The notes beneath the pieces are model-generated. The model did not search any database. It saw nothing but the letters and a program-made list of their open reading frames with translations, and was not told the origin of the DNA. A stretch of 62,924 nucleotides of DNA, the filler included, from Craspedostauros australis (lineage: Eukaryota), in NCBI GenBank assembly GCA_030167865.1. It is 19 parts of 19 records of this genome, joined end to end, with 100 filler letters (N's around TTAATTAATTAA, not from the genome) between each part and the next. Parts side by side here need not be neighbours in the genome. Positions count along the whole stretch, not along the records: positions 23,316 to 29,364 come from JALAGF010000430.1; positions 29,465 to 34,373 come from JALAGF010000431.1; positions 34,474 to 39,341 come from JALAGF010000432.1; 16 more parts are not named here. One strand, 5' to 3'. The first letter of the stretch is position 1, and each line of letters begins with the position of its first letter. The position numbers and the translations under genes are program-made. This document shows positions 24,448 to 37,400 of the stretch, piece after piece.

Positions 24448-24910
24448 TGAGACCCTGCACTGATGTACTTGGTTCAGTGCCACAGGGTAGGCGATCATAA
24501 CAGTGCCTTGCTCTCCGTAAATGTAGACACACTGCAGTGTAGGCCATGAATCCTGGTAGTGACGGTCATGAAGCAGTGGCTGTAGTTGGATCTGACCCTC
24601 GGATTCCATTGCTTGAGTTGAAGCAGATTGGATACACGCATCATGACTACGGCTGTGATGCAGTAGTCAACAGCATGAAGGGAATCGAGGTATGTTGTAG
24701 TATAAGGATCTGAAGAGCACATAGTTCCCAAGGTGAGGTGTGAGTCAGGTCGGTCATGCTTGAGTCATGATGGATTCGTGAATGGAGGAGAGAAAGGAGG
24801 AGAAAAGATTTGGTGGTCAATCAAGTCAGAAGATTTCGCGCCAAAAGCAAGAATTTCTCCCATCGGTTTGATACCGTGTCCGGTAATAGTCTGTCCCTTA
24901 TTGAATCTCA
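24448..24910 (-). repeat. 3' LTR of Copia element 1 (distal boundary uncertain; could extend to 24344)
   Basis: Begins TGAGA right after the PPT; matching inverted TGAGA at 24448-24452; shares blocks with the LTR at 34475-34873. Confidence 0.6.
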
Positions 24911-27900
24911 ACTCTCCCTCTCAGTGTTGGGTCGTGATTTGAGTTGTGGTATCGATGAAAACTTCATCCTTCGTTGTTGTTGATTGTTGGTGGTTGTTAC
25001 CAACCCATGATCTTGAACCGTAAGTACTCGAAGACCATGATGGATAGTCCCTTCGTAAAGATGTCGGCGAGTTGCTCCGGCGTGGAGATGTGTTGGATGC
25101 AAATGAAGCCTGCCTTGACCCAGTACCAAAAGAAGTGCCACTTGGTCAAGAAGTGTTTGGTGCGTGCTGTCGGCTGATGATTGGTGGCGAGGGAAATGCA
25201 GGCTTGGTTGTCCTTGAAGACAGTGCACTGGAGGTTGGTGTGCAGCGCCATGTTGGTGCCTGCGTTGTCGATCACTTGTCGGATGAGCTGTTGAATAGGG
25301 ATCAATGTTCGCATTGCCAGAGAAAGAGCGGCGTACTCTGACTCCATCGTTGATAGTGCGATCTCAGTTTGAAGCTTTGATTTCCAAATGAGAGGACATC
25401 CACCCAGTGTGATGAGATAGCCGGTGCGTGACTTGACCGCCACAGGGTCTGTGCTGTCCTCTCGTTGGTAGAGGCCTGCGAAGTCAGCGTCCACGTAGCA
25501 CTTGAGATCGAGTTGCCCAGTGGGGCGAACGATGGTGCCCATGGTTTCCGTGTGCTTGAGATAGCGCATGATGCGCTTGACGGCCTTGGCGTGTGAACGG
25601 CGAGGGTCCTGTCCAAAGCGTGCGACTTGGGAGACTGCGAAAGCGAGGTCTGGACGAGTATTTGTTGTGAGGTACAGCAGCATACCAACGACGGAGCGGT
25701 AGTTCCACTTTTCGTTCATGGCTGGCTCATCCTTACACTGTCCGAGTGCGAGCTGGGTTGTTGGTACCGGGCATGGATTGCAGTTCGTCCTTTTTGTCGT
25801 CTCAAGGATCTTTTTGATCAATCCTGATTGCCGAAGATGAACAGTGTCCGCCTTTGGGTCGCGGCAGAGCTCAATTCCCAGAAACTCAGTGAAGCTGCCT
25901 TCCTGGGTTAGCTCGAACCTGAGTTCACGCATTGATACAATGAATTCATCAGCATCCTGCTTGGTCTTGGAGGCGATTCCTGCATCGTCAACGTAGAGGA
26001 CGATCATGATGTTGTGCTTGATGAACAGGCATTGCTCTTGATCGCAGGCTATGAAGCCGACTGTGATCAGGGCCCGGATGAGGTGCTCGTACCACAGGCG
26101 CGGAGCGATCGTTAATCCGTAGAGGCTCTTGCGAAGTCTGAGACAGGTGTTGGGTCCTTTGCTTGATTTGAAGCCGCGAGGGAGGTGGAGATGTACAGGC
26201 TTGTGGATGGAGGCCTGTACGAATGCGTTGGTGAAGTCGATTGATGTGGTTGTCCAACCCATCACGATGGATGTGCTCAGGAAGATGCGAACGGATGACC
26301 AGGCCACGACTGGCGCATAGGTGGATGCATCCTCATTCATGAGGTCTCTGCGGCAACACCAGCGACCCTTGTATTTCTTGATTGTCCCGTCTGGCAAGCG
26401 CTTGCGGCGGAAGACCCAGGTCCCCGGGAAGATTCGGTCGTTGACGACGTCGGCCTTTTGGATCTCCTCCCACGTTCCTTTTTCCGTGAGAGCCTTGATT
26501 TTCTTTTTGGCTGCTTGCATCCATTCGTTCTTGTTGTCGTCGCGGATTGCTTCGTCGAAGGAGAGGGTGTCAGGATCACTATTGGATGCCTTGTACACGG
26601 ATGAACGCTCGGCGATGTTTAGGTCGCCTCCTGTCGCGAAGTAGCTCATCATGTGTCCATCAACGTATGTTGGGAAGTTCGTTGAGTCTTGCTGCGGCTC
26701 GATGATGGAGACAGCGTAAGCATGTTGTTCGATGTTTGCCCATGCGTGTTCTGGGATACATGTTGCTGTGTCGAGGATGGATGATGGGTCGACTTCAAGT
26801 GTTGATCCGTTTTGATCGGAGGCTCGCGTTGCTGGAGCCTCCTTCAGAGGTGCCGTGTTGGTTTCGATCATTCCTTGGACGAATTTCTCAACTTCGAATT
26901 CACTTGGCTGTGGCCATGGCCCTGGACAAATGGTCGTGACTTGACGACGGAGCAGCTCGAATGCGAGACGATAGCGGTGATTCTCAGCGATGGCGTTTCA
27001 CACGGAGCGAGTCCTTTTGAAGGTGTTACCGCTGATGTTGATTTCAGGAGGGAGAAAACCTTTCATCATTAGGTACTCCGGATCCTGGTACGACCATGCC
27101 TCTGGTGTGGCCGACGACATGTAATCGAAGGCGTCGAAGCTGGGGTTCATGGTGCCAGTGCGGATGAAAGTGCTGAGTCTTCCAACGAATTGACCAATAG
27201 CGTAGTCCGTTGCTTGTCTCCTGAGGTCGTCGCAACGAATCTCACAGTGGAGGTCGACTTCGAAGTGTCTCTCCATGTCCGAGTAGAGATCCTCGTAGAT
27301 GTCTTGGAATGGAGTTGGTCCCTCCTCAGTCATGTCGTCAGGGTCTGGTTGCCACCAGTCGGCCATGTTGACGCTGGCTTCTTCTGTTTCAGTCGGCCTT
27401 GGCGCGAATGTTGGAAGGACGAAGTTAGTTGGTTGTGGATTCAAAGTGTTGAATCGAAGTCGAAGTCTGCGCAGCAAGTAGTGAGCATCCACCTTGAATT
27501 GGTGTAAGTCGATAGAGAGAGAGTCGCTGCCTTCGCGTTGGAGAGGTTCGATTGTGTGTAAGCAATCGACGACAGCTTGTGAGAATGTAATGATCGATGA
27601 AGAATCGGGGTGCAATTCCCTGGGTGTTGTTGCCTGTTCGATCTCTTCCATGGTAGCTACTGCGGGGCAGAAGTAGTAATCATCGGTATCCTCGTCGTCC
27701 AACCATGTGGCCTTGCCTCCCATGCGTGCATACGTGAATCGCTTTGGTTGTTTGCGACTTCTCGTGCTTCGAGGTCTTGTTGGCGTTGACTCGGGCTTCG
27801 GCGTGGTTGTTGTCGTGGAATTAGTCTCAATTGGCGTCGGAGCTAAAGGTGGTAATGGAGTTGCCGGTGCTGGAATTGGTGACTCCCGGAGAGGTGAATC

Positions 27901-28262
27901 CAGTTGCGGTTGAGGTGTTCACTGGTCCGGTGACTCTATAGTAGAGTCAGGTACCGGGGACTCATCAACAGCTCCCTCTGTCGAAGACATTTGCCTGTTG
28001 GCTCCCTCTGAGACTGGCATTGGAGGGGCGAGAGTTTCACTCGTGAGATCCGGGATCTGTTGTGTCAGTGGTTGCGACTCTTTCGCCAATACCTGTGGCG
28101 CTCTTTCACGAACGGTTTGTCGGTTTTGCGTCTCAGTTGTCGGTGGTGGAGTATGATCGTCGTTGCGTTGTAACCGGTTGTGGTCTCGCGTGTCTGACGC
28201 GAAGATGTCGTCCTGCTCCATTGACTCCACATCGTCGTCGTCGAATGGATATTGAAAGGTGG
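24448..28262 (-). mobile_element. Degenerate CoDi/Copia element 1 (end of integrase, extra domain, RT, RNase H, PPT, 3' LTR)
   Basis: RT LYVDD and RNase H YVDADFAG / IALSTMESEY / QLADIFTK in 24997-26871; frameshift near 27000; PPT GAGAGGGAGAG at 24922-24912; truncated at 28262 by another LTR. Confidence 0.93.
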
Positions 28263-28884
28263 TGTAATAGAGCCCAAACGTAATGGCTGTTGTCTTGTTG
28301 GCTGTTCTTTAGCTGTTGGCTGTAGAGGCTTGACTGGCAAGCGGTCCGAACGTGAGTCTTCTGTTCCACAAGTAGTCAATTGAGAATACTGGTAGATGGT
28401 GAAGAAACGTGCGGATTATGTGATTAGTGCAATTGTTCTTGTTGGTGTGACACCCTGTGTGGGTTGCCCTGGAAAATGGTCGTAGGGTTTGCGTAGCCCA
28501 AGTACCACAGGAGGGGGCCCTTTCGTTGGGTTGCTGTCAGAAACGGGCCGTAGGGTTTTCGTAGCTCCAGTACCATGGGAGAGTTTCCTTCATGGAGTTG
28601 GAAGCTGGGCGAAGGTCATCTTGCGTGTACTCCCACGTGGAACTGTACCGTCGATCCAGCAGTCTTGTATCGGCATCAAGTTTTTGGTGGGGAGGGGTTC
28701 CGATGACACAGTCATTGGGACCCTTTTTCCATGGGTCCTGGACTTCAAAGAGTTTCTTCGAAGACTTGTGCCTGCTCCAAACGTGGTAATGTCCGAAACG
28801 TGGTTCAGACCGATTCGTGGGAAAACGAGTCATGTGTTGCAGGAAATCCTTCCTTAGCCTAACTGCTAGCTTAGCTCTATTACT
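28263..28884 (-). mobile_element. LTR family D (~620 bp) of a nested retroelement
   Basis: 10-bp terminal inverted repeat TGTAATAGAGC...GCTCTATTAC(T); purine tract GAGATGAAGGGG abuts it on the minus strand; Copia 1 homology stops exactly at 28262. Confidence 0.65.
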
Positions 28885-29283
28885 CCCCTTCATCTCACGT
28901 CGCAACGAGTTGACTGGAAGCAAGAAAGCTAATCGTAGCGTTGACCGTGCTGCAGCCCAAGATAGCAGCATTCTCATTCCATGCATCAAGTTCGTCGATG
29001 TCTTCGCACATGGGATCTTGGCTGTCTTCGTCCGCCAATCATTCCAGTTCCTCGTTGAGCCTTGTGGTGATGGTGGTCTGTTGGATCTCATTGATGTGGG
29101 TCATTCCTCCACGGTGGGGGGTGCCGGTAATGTCTTGGGTGGCTTGGTCCGATCTGGGATCAGTGCGGGGGACTGCTCTGATCCTGTTGGTAGGGTCAAG
29201 GATGGGTAGATGGTTGGGCATGTAGTTCATGGCTGTCGTTCGTGCCCTTGGCATGACGTTGCAGGATTGGAGTCGCCTTGGGG

Positions 29284-29364
29284 TGTCGAGATGTACATGT
29301 GAGTATATGTCAAGATGTACGTGTATATGTGCATCGTTCACCCGCTATTCTCTCATACGCACTT
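29284..29364 (+). mobile_element. LTR family B, partial copy 2
   Basis: Near-identical to 21876-21958 with a different left flank. Confidence 0.85.
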
Positions 29365-31000
29365 NNNNNNNNNNNNNNNNNNNNNNNNNNNNNNNNNNNN
29401 NNNNNNNNTTAATTAATTAANNNNNNNNNNNNNNNNNNNNNNNNNNNNNNNNNNNNNNNNNNNNTTCAATGCTGTCGCAGTGATACGCCGACCATTTCAG
29501 TCATCCAATCATCGTGCCAGGCACCAAAACGACCTGGTTAGTGAACTTGCTCGGCCAGATTCGTGAATTGGCACTAAATCTGCACAAAAGTCAACGACAA
29601 CGACAACGACAACCACGACCAAAACTTTGGAAGTAGCACAAAATGAATGGCTGTTGTTGGTTTGCGCCTGGAATTGGTATCTTTTGCCGGGACTGTGGGA
29701 ACAGAATATCATTCTGTTTACGACGCCTGAACAGAATGATATTCTGCTCGCCGAGGGGGAAGTTCGCATCCCGCCCCCTGAAAAGTGTCTCTATCAGGTT
29801 ATGACTCCCTCGTGGGACTGCTCGGGACTGGGGGAACAGAATGCGAAAGTCCTCTATTGGGCATCGTTGTTTCGTCCATCTCTCTCTCTCTCTCTCTCTC
29901 GCCTGTTCTGTTCTTGTGCTGGGCTTCTTGTTCTTGTCGCAGCCATGTGCATTGTGCCAAAGCGCCATTGGCTGCTGCATTTGTGACCAAACACAAGTCA
30001 TAGGGACAACATGACGTCATGGGTTTTAGGTGTTGTTTGTGTGACAATCTTAAATAACGATGGGATAGCATTCAGATGTACCTATGACACGCGGGGTTCG
30101 GGTCAGTGCACGATCGAATCATCCGATCGGTACAGTGTTCGTCGAGGAACAACGAAAATGCCCACATGTGTGCTCACGAGGACAATGGGCCTACCGAGAT
30201 GAAACGAAGGACACAAAAAAGAGAAGCCCAATTCCAACCACAGAGGCAAAGCAGCACGCAGCGCACAACGGAGCGAGAGAGGCAAAGGGAGAGGACAGAA
30301 CACGACCACCAAACCCCAAAGAGTGGAGCCCAACACCAACCCCTCCGCACAACAACCAACGACCAACGACCAACACAACATCACGGACCAAGAGAGGGGT
30401 ACGGACGACAACGACGGAATCCATAGATCGTGTGACGAGTGTAAGAGCGAACGAGCTGCGCATTCGGATACCCGCACAACCCAACGAGAAGCGCGTTGAC
30501 ACTGACGATCAAGCGCGCCCTCTTCTGGTGGGATTGTTGTTGTCGGTGTTGTCGGTGTTGGTGTGACTACATCAACACCTGTGATTGCGATCGCCCCTTC
30601 TTGAACCGAACCACACAGCAGAGCAGAGCAGAGAGGCGAAAGGACACAGAAAGCCAAAGAAAGGAGAGGCGGCGCACAGGCAGACGCAAGGCTCATCTTT
30701 GGTGCATACAACCTACAATTACGACCATACCGAGTATTCCGACCATACCGACCACGCATCAGATCGTACTGGCGCGAGGACTTGGAAAGCGCAAACGGAG
30801 ACAGCCAAAAGCCACCAGGGGCCAAAACAGGAAGGGCGAGACGAAGGCGCGAACCATTGGCGGACACCTTCGGCAGCCGCGGCACCAGGATCGGCATCAA
30901 TACCACTCGAGCAGCAGTAGCTGTATCAGCGAAAGCCGCAACGAGAACAGCAACCATTGCGTCAACACGGACAGGAACAGCACGAACAGGAACCGCCACA

Positions 31001-33521
31001 ATGTGCGGCCAAGACCACTCTTCCGGGCAGACCAAACGCCTCTCTTCCTCTCTGAGAGAGCAGGTCCAGGCCATTTCCAATGCCATCCAGTTGGTCGTTG
31101 ATGGCGGCGACAGCGGTTCCGACGCGAGCTACAGCATGAAAGACGACATTTCATCATCACATTCATCACCACCGCCATTGTCCGTTCCGGGCAGTCTCTC
31201 GACACGGTACGTTCTTTGCCGCTGGAAGTCCTCACGTGTGTATGCGTATGTGTGTGTACAAGCGCGCGCCTGCCCGTTCGTTAAGCTCCGTCCACCATGG
31301 CGCACAGGAAAGAGCAGGTTGGGGATGACAACAGGCGACGCAGAAACAGCGACGAAAAGTTCGGATTCAGCAACCGCCGATCGAGAAGTCCGAGCTGATC
31401 TTCTTCTGGGTCTTGGCTTCTGTTGACACTTTTGTCGCCTTTCTGGTGTGTTCGTTCCCAGTTGGCCTACACTCTGTTGCTTGTGGCGACTTTTGGCTAC
31501 ACTCTATCCCTGCGAGGATCCTGCAGTATCGAGACCGCTGCGGTAGTCCTCTGCCACTACCACCACGCCGCACACTTCCTTCTTTCTCTTCACGAATGTG
31601 GCCTCGTTCATTTCGAGTGTTTTGCGCCTACCTTCTGCACCCTCTCTCGGTACCGTGTCCTATCATACACACCCCTCGAGCATTCCTTGCCAGATCCAAC
31701 ATCCACGCACTACCTACCATACTCCGGGCACCCTCCTCCTGACCCCTGACCGTCTTGCGACATCCCACGTCTCACCCTCCCGTCCTTCCTCACAAAACGC
31801 CACCACGTCTCCACCTCATCCTGCCCCCTGTACCTACCAATCTCCATCTCAATCCCAACCTCAGCAATACTACGAGTGCAGGAGGAACGCATAGCGACAA
31901 CGGCAGCACCAACGGCGATAGCACCAGCACAAGCATGAATATCGACCATCCACAATCATCGTTGCAGAACCTGATCGCCACCACGACGTCTGAAACGCAC
32001 AATGGCGGTCCAACCAAAGCGGAGAATTGCATACTCCCCACGCTGATACAGAACCACATGCCACTCACCACAGTCCCAACGAAAACGCTGCGCACGAGTT
32101 TGGAACCAATCGTCCAGGCTCTCAAGAACCTGGACGCCGAGGTCTTGCTTGATCTTCAGCAGGCCGAAGCTGGAGCAAGAGTTGCGAAAGGGTAAGTCGA
32201 CATCGTTGAGGTCATTTGTGTTGTTGAGGTTGCATGGGACCTGCGTGTGGTGGCATTCCGGTCCGTCCCAATCAATCGAAGCGAATTGGTGCGGATGCAG
32301 CACGCCTTTTGCACGCCCGTTCATCACAACTACACGTGGTGATTCGGGGTCTTTGAATGTACATCCTCATAGACACCAGCGGTCACCCACCGCCATCCGC
32401 AAGCATGATCAGCATGTTTCTCACCCCCCATCTTGCCTTACTCGCTGATGCGTACGTGCGTGCATGAATGCATGAACGGTTGCATTCGGGTTGTCTGTTC
32501 GTTCGTTCGTTCGTTCATTCGCTTGATTGGTTGATTCATTGCTTGCTTGCTTGCTTGTTTGGAATCACCCTTCTCGTTTCCATTTTGTCATCCCTGTTTG
32601 ATCTTGATGGTGACATGACGAAACACGAATTCTCAATGATCTTCTTTGCAAACGCGGAACCAACCTATCATCCCACCTCTGCATGTCTCTGCACTCAGGC
32701 GGTTTGTGAGACCAGTGTACGATGAAGTCATGCCCTCTCTGCCCAACCACGGCAGCACAGCTTCTGGCTACTCCTGCGTCCGCTACTTGCAGATTGCCGA
32801 AGTCCCCAACCAGTATTCCATCGGCATCTTCGTGTTTGCTCCGCATGCCAGGATACCGTTGCATGATCACCCTGGCATGTGCGTTCTGTCCAGGGTTCTG
32901 TACGGAGACCTGCAGAGGCTCTCCCTCGACCTGGCCCGGAATCAGTCGCTGTCCTCAGATCATTCCACCAGGATGGTGAAGCCCAGCAACGGGACCCGCG
33001 GTGCCGGTTTGAAGTCGCCACCGTCCCCCACAACACCGGTCACCGACCAACGGAGCCGGTACTCCATAGATTGCATCGCTGACATCCAGTCGCCCAAGCG
33101 CCAGAAGAACAGCCGGTGGCTCGGTAACTGGTGGTCGCAGCAGCAAGCCCCAGCGCGACGCGTCCCATCCAACCTGCCGGAAGGGTCCAAGCTCGCGTAC
33201 AAGAACCATGTAGACCATCTCGAGGCCCCGGATGTCACGATGCTCTACCCCTTCGAGGGCAATCTGCATGAGTTTGTGGCCGGTCCCAACGGCGCGGCTG
33301 TGCTTGATGTGCTGCTTCCGCCGTATGCCAACGATGAAGACAGAGACTGCACGTTCTACACTATCCACGAGTTGACGTCGACCTGGGCGAAGACTGAGAA
33401 GGAGCTGTGCTACATCGTCCCCACGGGACAGCCTGAGAACTTCCACTGCATCTCAGGGCAGTACAGGAACATTGGTGGCAGCGACATGCAACCGCAGCAG
33501 CAGGAGCAGGACGACATGTGA
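31001..33521 (+). CDS. Cysteine oxidase/cysteamine dioxygenase (PCO/ADO family); exons 31001-31206, 31865-32191, 32699-33521; ~451 aa
   Basis: IPLHDHPGMCVLSRVLYG, GNLHEF and VLDVLLPPY...RDCTFY are PCO_ADO signatures; two phase-2 introns (GTACGT...CAG, GTAAGT...CAG) join in frame. Confidence 0.88.
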
Positions 33522-34474
33522 GAGGGCAGGAACAACATCAGCTGCTGCCAGCGATGCCGGAGATTGCCGTCCCGCTCCATTCTGCTCTCGCAGCAAACGA
33601 GGATGAGGATAGGATGAGTCTGGCGAATCCTGTGGAGTATTGTGCTTGTACAGTAGCACTCTGGCTGGCGAAGACCACCGAGAAAGTGTCATACTATGGT
33701 CGCACAGCTCGTGATGCCAAGGTTCTGAAAATAGAAACTTTAGAACAGAATCGATTTTGCATTACCACAGCACTACTCGTACGTACGTATGACCCCATTC
33801 AGCGAAGTCGTGTAGTATCCTGCGGATTTGAGATACTGAAACGTGATATTTTTAGAACATGATTTTTCGTGTTGTCCATTAGGGTTAGATTCGTTTAGCT
33901 AGCTTCTACGACACAAAAACATGGCTGGCTTGTCTTCTCCGCAGACGAAAATGATGACGTCATTGACGGTCGATGTCAGACTGCAATGGTATCCAACTGT
34001 ATGATGGTGAAGTTGTGGCAGGTTTGGTATCGTGTTGATTCCTCACGTTGTTGGTGATTTGGCTCGGTTGGACGTTTCCTCCGTTGTGCGTGTTGTGTCA
34101 AACTGCACAGCGTTGGTGGTGGCATCCCTGCGCGTCGGCTGCAACAGCGACACTTGCGAATGCTACACAACATAACACCATGTAATGGAGCACAGTGACT
34201 TATCGTATGGGATGAAAAATATAGTATAATATTATTTTACACCAAGCTTAGTTTGTTAGTACAAAGTCCTGCGTAACCTGCTTTGCTCTGCTTGGACATG
34301 GGATGCCGAGGTCATCTGCTGAGCTGTTGGCATGGTGCGGAAAGAGACTGATGGCGGCGGTGTTGTTTACCTTNNNNNNNNNNNNNNNNNNNNNNNNNNN
34401 NNNNNNNNNNNNNNNNNTTAATTAATTAANNNNNNNNNNNNNNNNNNNNNNNNNNNNNNNNNNNNNNNNNNNNG

Positions 34475-37400
34475 TCATGCAGTAGGTCTCGTGGCTTCAG
34501 CAGATGTTGAAGGGATGGGAGCTGTGCAGCCGGAGCCAGCAGATTGCACTTGCATCAAGATTCCATTGCTGAGGTTGAAGCAGCTTAGATTGCTCACGAT
34601 GTGGCTGACATGGCCGACAAACGTCGTGACAGCAGAAGGGAATCCAAGTGAAGTCCATCTGACAGGATCTGAGGAGCATATAGTTCCCACATGCGTTGGT
34701 TGGCTTAGACGGACCGTAGCATGNGAATCGGGAACGATTCGTGACTGAAAAGAGGGGAGGGCAAGGAAGGTCTGTCCATTGTCGGGTTTGGACAATTACG
34801 CGCCAAAAGTAATTTCAAGCAACGACACGGGATACCCTAAAAAGGAAAGTAGTTGGTTCTTAGTTGAACTTCAACTCTCCCTCTCAGTGTTGTGTCGTGA
34901 CAAGACGTAGATTTCGAAGAAAACTCCATCCCTGGTGTTGCTGGTTTTACCAGCCCATAATCTGCTTGCGCAGATACTCGAAGAGAACGACCGCCAGCCC
35001 CTTTGTGAAGATGTCGGCGGGTTGTTCGGTTGTAGCGATGTGTGTGATGCAAATGAACCCTGCCTTGACCCAGTACCAGAAGAAGTGCCACTTGGTCAGG
35101 AAGTGCTTAGTTCGTGCCGTAGGTTGATGGTTGGTGGCGAGCGCAATACATCCCTGGTTGTCCTCAAACACCGTACATTGGAGCTGCGTGTGCAGCGGCA
35201 TGCTTGTGCCGGCATTGTCGATGACTTGGCAGATGAGCTGTTGGATGGGGATGAGCGCGCATCGCCAGGGACAGGGCCGCGTATTCCGCTTCCATGGTGG
35301 AGAGAGCGATTTCCGTCTGGAGTTTTGACTTCCAGATCAGCGGGCACCCACCCAATGTGATGAGATATCTGGTGTGGGAAGTGACAGAAGTTGCGCTCGT
35401 GTCGTCTTCGCACTTGTAGAGTCCGGCGAAGTCGGCGTCCACGAAACACTTGAGGTCGAGCTAGCCCGTAGGATTGACGATCGTGCCCATGCTTTCGGTG
35501 CTCTTGAGGTAGCGCATGATTCGTTTGATCGCTTTTCCGTGGGAGCGGCGCGGGTCGTGCCCGAAGCGGGCGACTTGAGAGACGGCGAAGGCGAGGTCAG
35601 GGCGCGTGTTCGTTGTCAAGTAGAGCAATATGCCGACGACGGAGCGATAGTTCCACTTCTCGTCGAAGAGTGGTCCGCCTACGTCCTTTCCGAGCAGAAT
35701 CTGTGTTGTTGGTACGGGGCATGGACTGCAGTTGGTCATTCTTGTGGCAGTGAGGACCTTCTGAATAAGCCCTGGCTGGCGGAGATGGATGCAGTCCGAC
35801 TTGGGGTCCCTGAGTAGCTCGATTCCCAGGAACTCCGTGAAGCTGCCTTCCCGAGTGAGCTCAAACCCACGTTTGCGCATCGACACGATGAATGCGTCCG
35901 CCACCGTCTGTGTTTTGGACGCGATGCCAGCGTCGTCAACGTAGAGCACAATCATGATCTCCGGCTTGATGAACAGACACTGTTCCTGATCGCATGCCTT
36001 GAATCCTTCGCCGAGGAGTGCCTTGATGAGGTGATCATACCAGAGGCGGGGAGCGATAGTCAAACCGTACAAGCTTTTGTTGAGCTTGAGGCACGTGTTG
36101 GCGCCCTTGCTGGATTTGAATCCGCGAGGGAGACAGAGGTAGACGGGCTTGTGGATCTTGGCCTGGACGAAGGCGTTGGTGAAGTCGATAGAGGTCGTGG
36201 GCCAACCCATCACGATAGCGGTGCTCAGGAAGATACAGACAGACGACCATGCCACGACGGGAGCGTAGGTGGAGGCGTCTTCTTTCATGAGATCGCCTCG
36301 ACAGCACCAGCGGCCCTTGTATTTCTTGATGGTTCCATCTGGGAGGCGCTTGCGGCGGAAGACCCACGTTCCAGGGTAGACTGGGTCGAAGATACGGGTT
36401 CTGTCCACTTCTTCCCAGGTGCCCTTTTCGGTGAGTTCCTTGATCTCCTTGCTTGCAGCTTGCATCCACGCTTCTTTGTTGTTGTCCTTGAGTGCTTCAT
36501 CAAAGGAGAGAGTGTCTGGATCGTTGGTTGATGCTTTGTAGGCTGTTGAGCGTTCCGTAATGTCGAAGTCGCCGCCTGTGACGAAGTAGCTCATCATGTG
36601 GTCGTCCACGTAGATAGGGTAGTTGGTCGCGTCAGAACTGGGTTCGACGAATGACGCAGCGTAGGCGTGTTGCTCGATGTTGGCCCAGTCAGTTGACGGG
36701 ATGATGTTGTTGGTGTCTAGGATCGTCGTTGGGTCGACACGCAGGAGAGAATGTGGTGATGTTTTGTTGTTCGAATTTCGTGTGTTGGGCTCTGTCAACA
36801 GAGGTTTCGCGTTGAAAGGCCACAATCCCAGAGCAAATTCGTTCACATCGCGTTCATTCGGCAACGGCCATGGTCCAGGACGCAGAGTGGTGATCTGGCG
36901 TCGGAACAGTTCGTACATCAGGCGAGCACGAGGGTGATGACCAATCTCGGTCCACACAGACTGTGCTCGCTTCCACAGGGTGCTAGCGGTTGTGTTGCTC
37001 TTCGGTGGGAGCACACCCGCACGTAGCGAAGTCTCGATATCGTCTTTGTGCCATCCGCCCCTCTTTGCGTGTCGCAGNAAGTCCAGGGCGTCGAAGTCAG
37101 GGCTTGTGGCGCCAGTGCGGATGAATTCGCTCAGCTTGTTGATGAGCTTCTCTACTGCGTAGTTTGTCAGTAGGGTCCTGTTGCTCTCGCTGCAGATGAG
37201 TTGGTCAAGACCCTCGTCGAAGTACGCCGTCATGTCGTTGTAGAGATCCTCGTAGACCTCATCGAAGTCAACGAGGCCTTCGTCGTTCATGGTGTGGGGG
37301 TCCGGGACCCACCAATCGGCCATGTTGATGTAGGCTTCCGTTTTTCGGTTGTCGTGCTTCGGCTCAAGTGGTGGGAGCGAATGGTTTGGGGCGTGCGGAT

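Noticed and set aside
30496..31101. Cys-cluster ORF (WWDCCCRCCRCWC)
   Set aside because: No ATG start; derives from a GTT/GTC-rich tract in the probable 5' leader of the PCO/ADO gene.
35255..35463. Programmed readthrough or frameshift at the RT-RNase H boundary
   Set aside because: The sister copy is uninterrupted here (PTGQLDLKCY, AMRTLIP), so these are decay mutations or errors.
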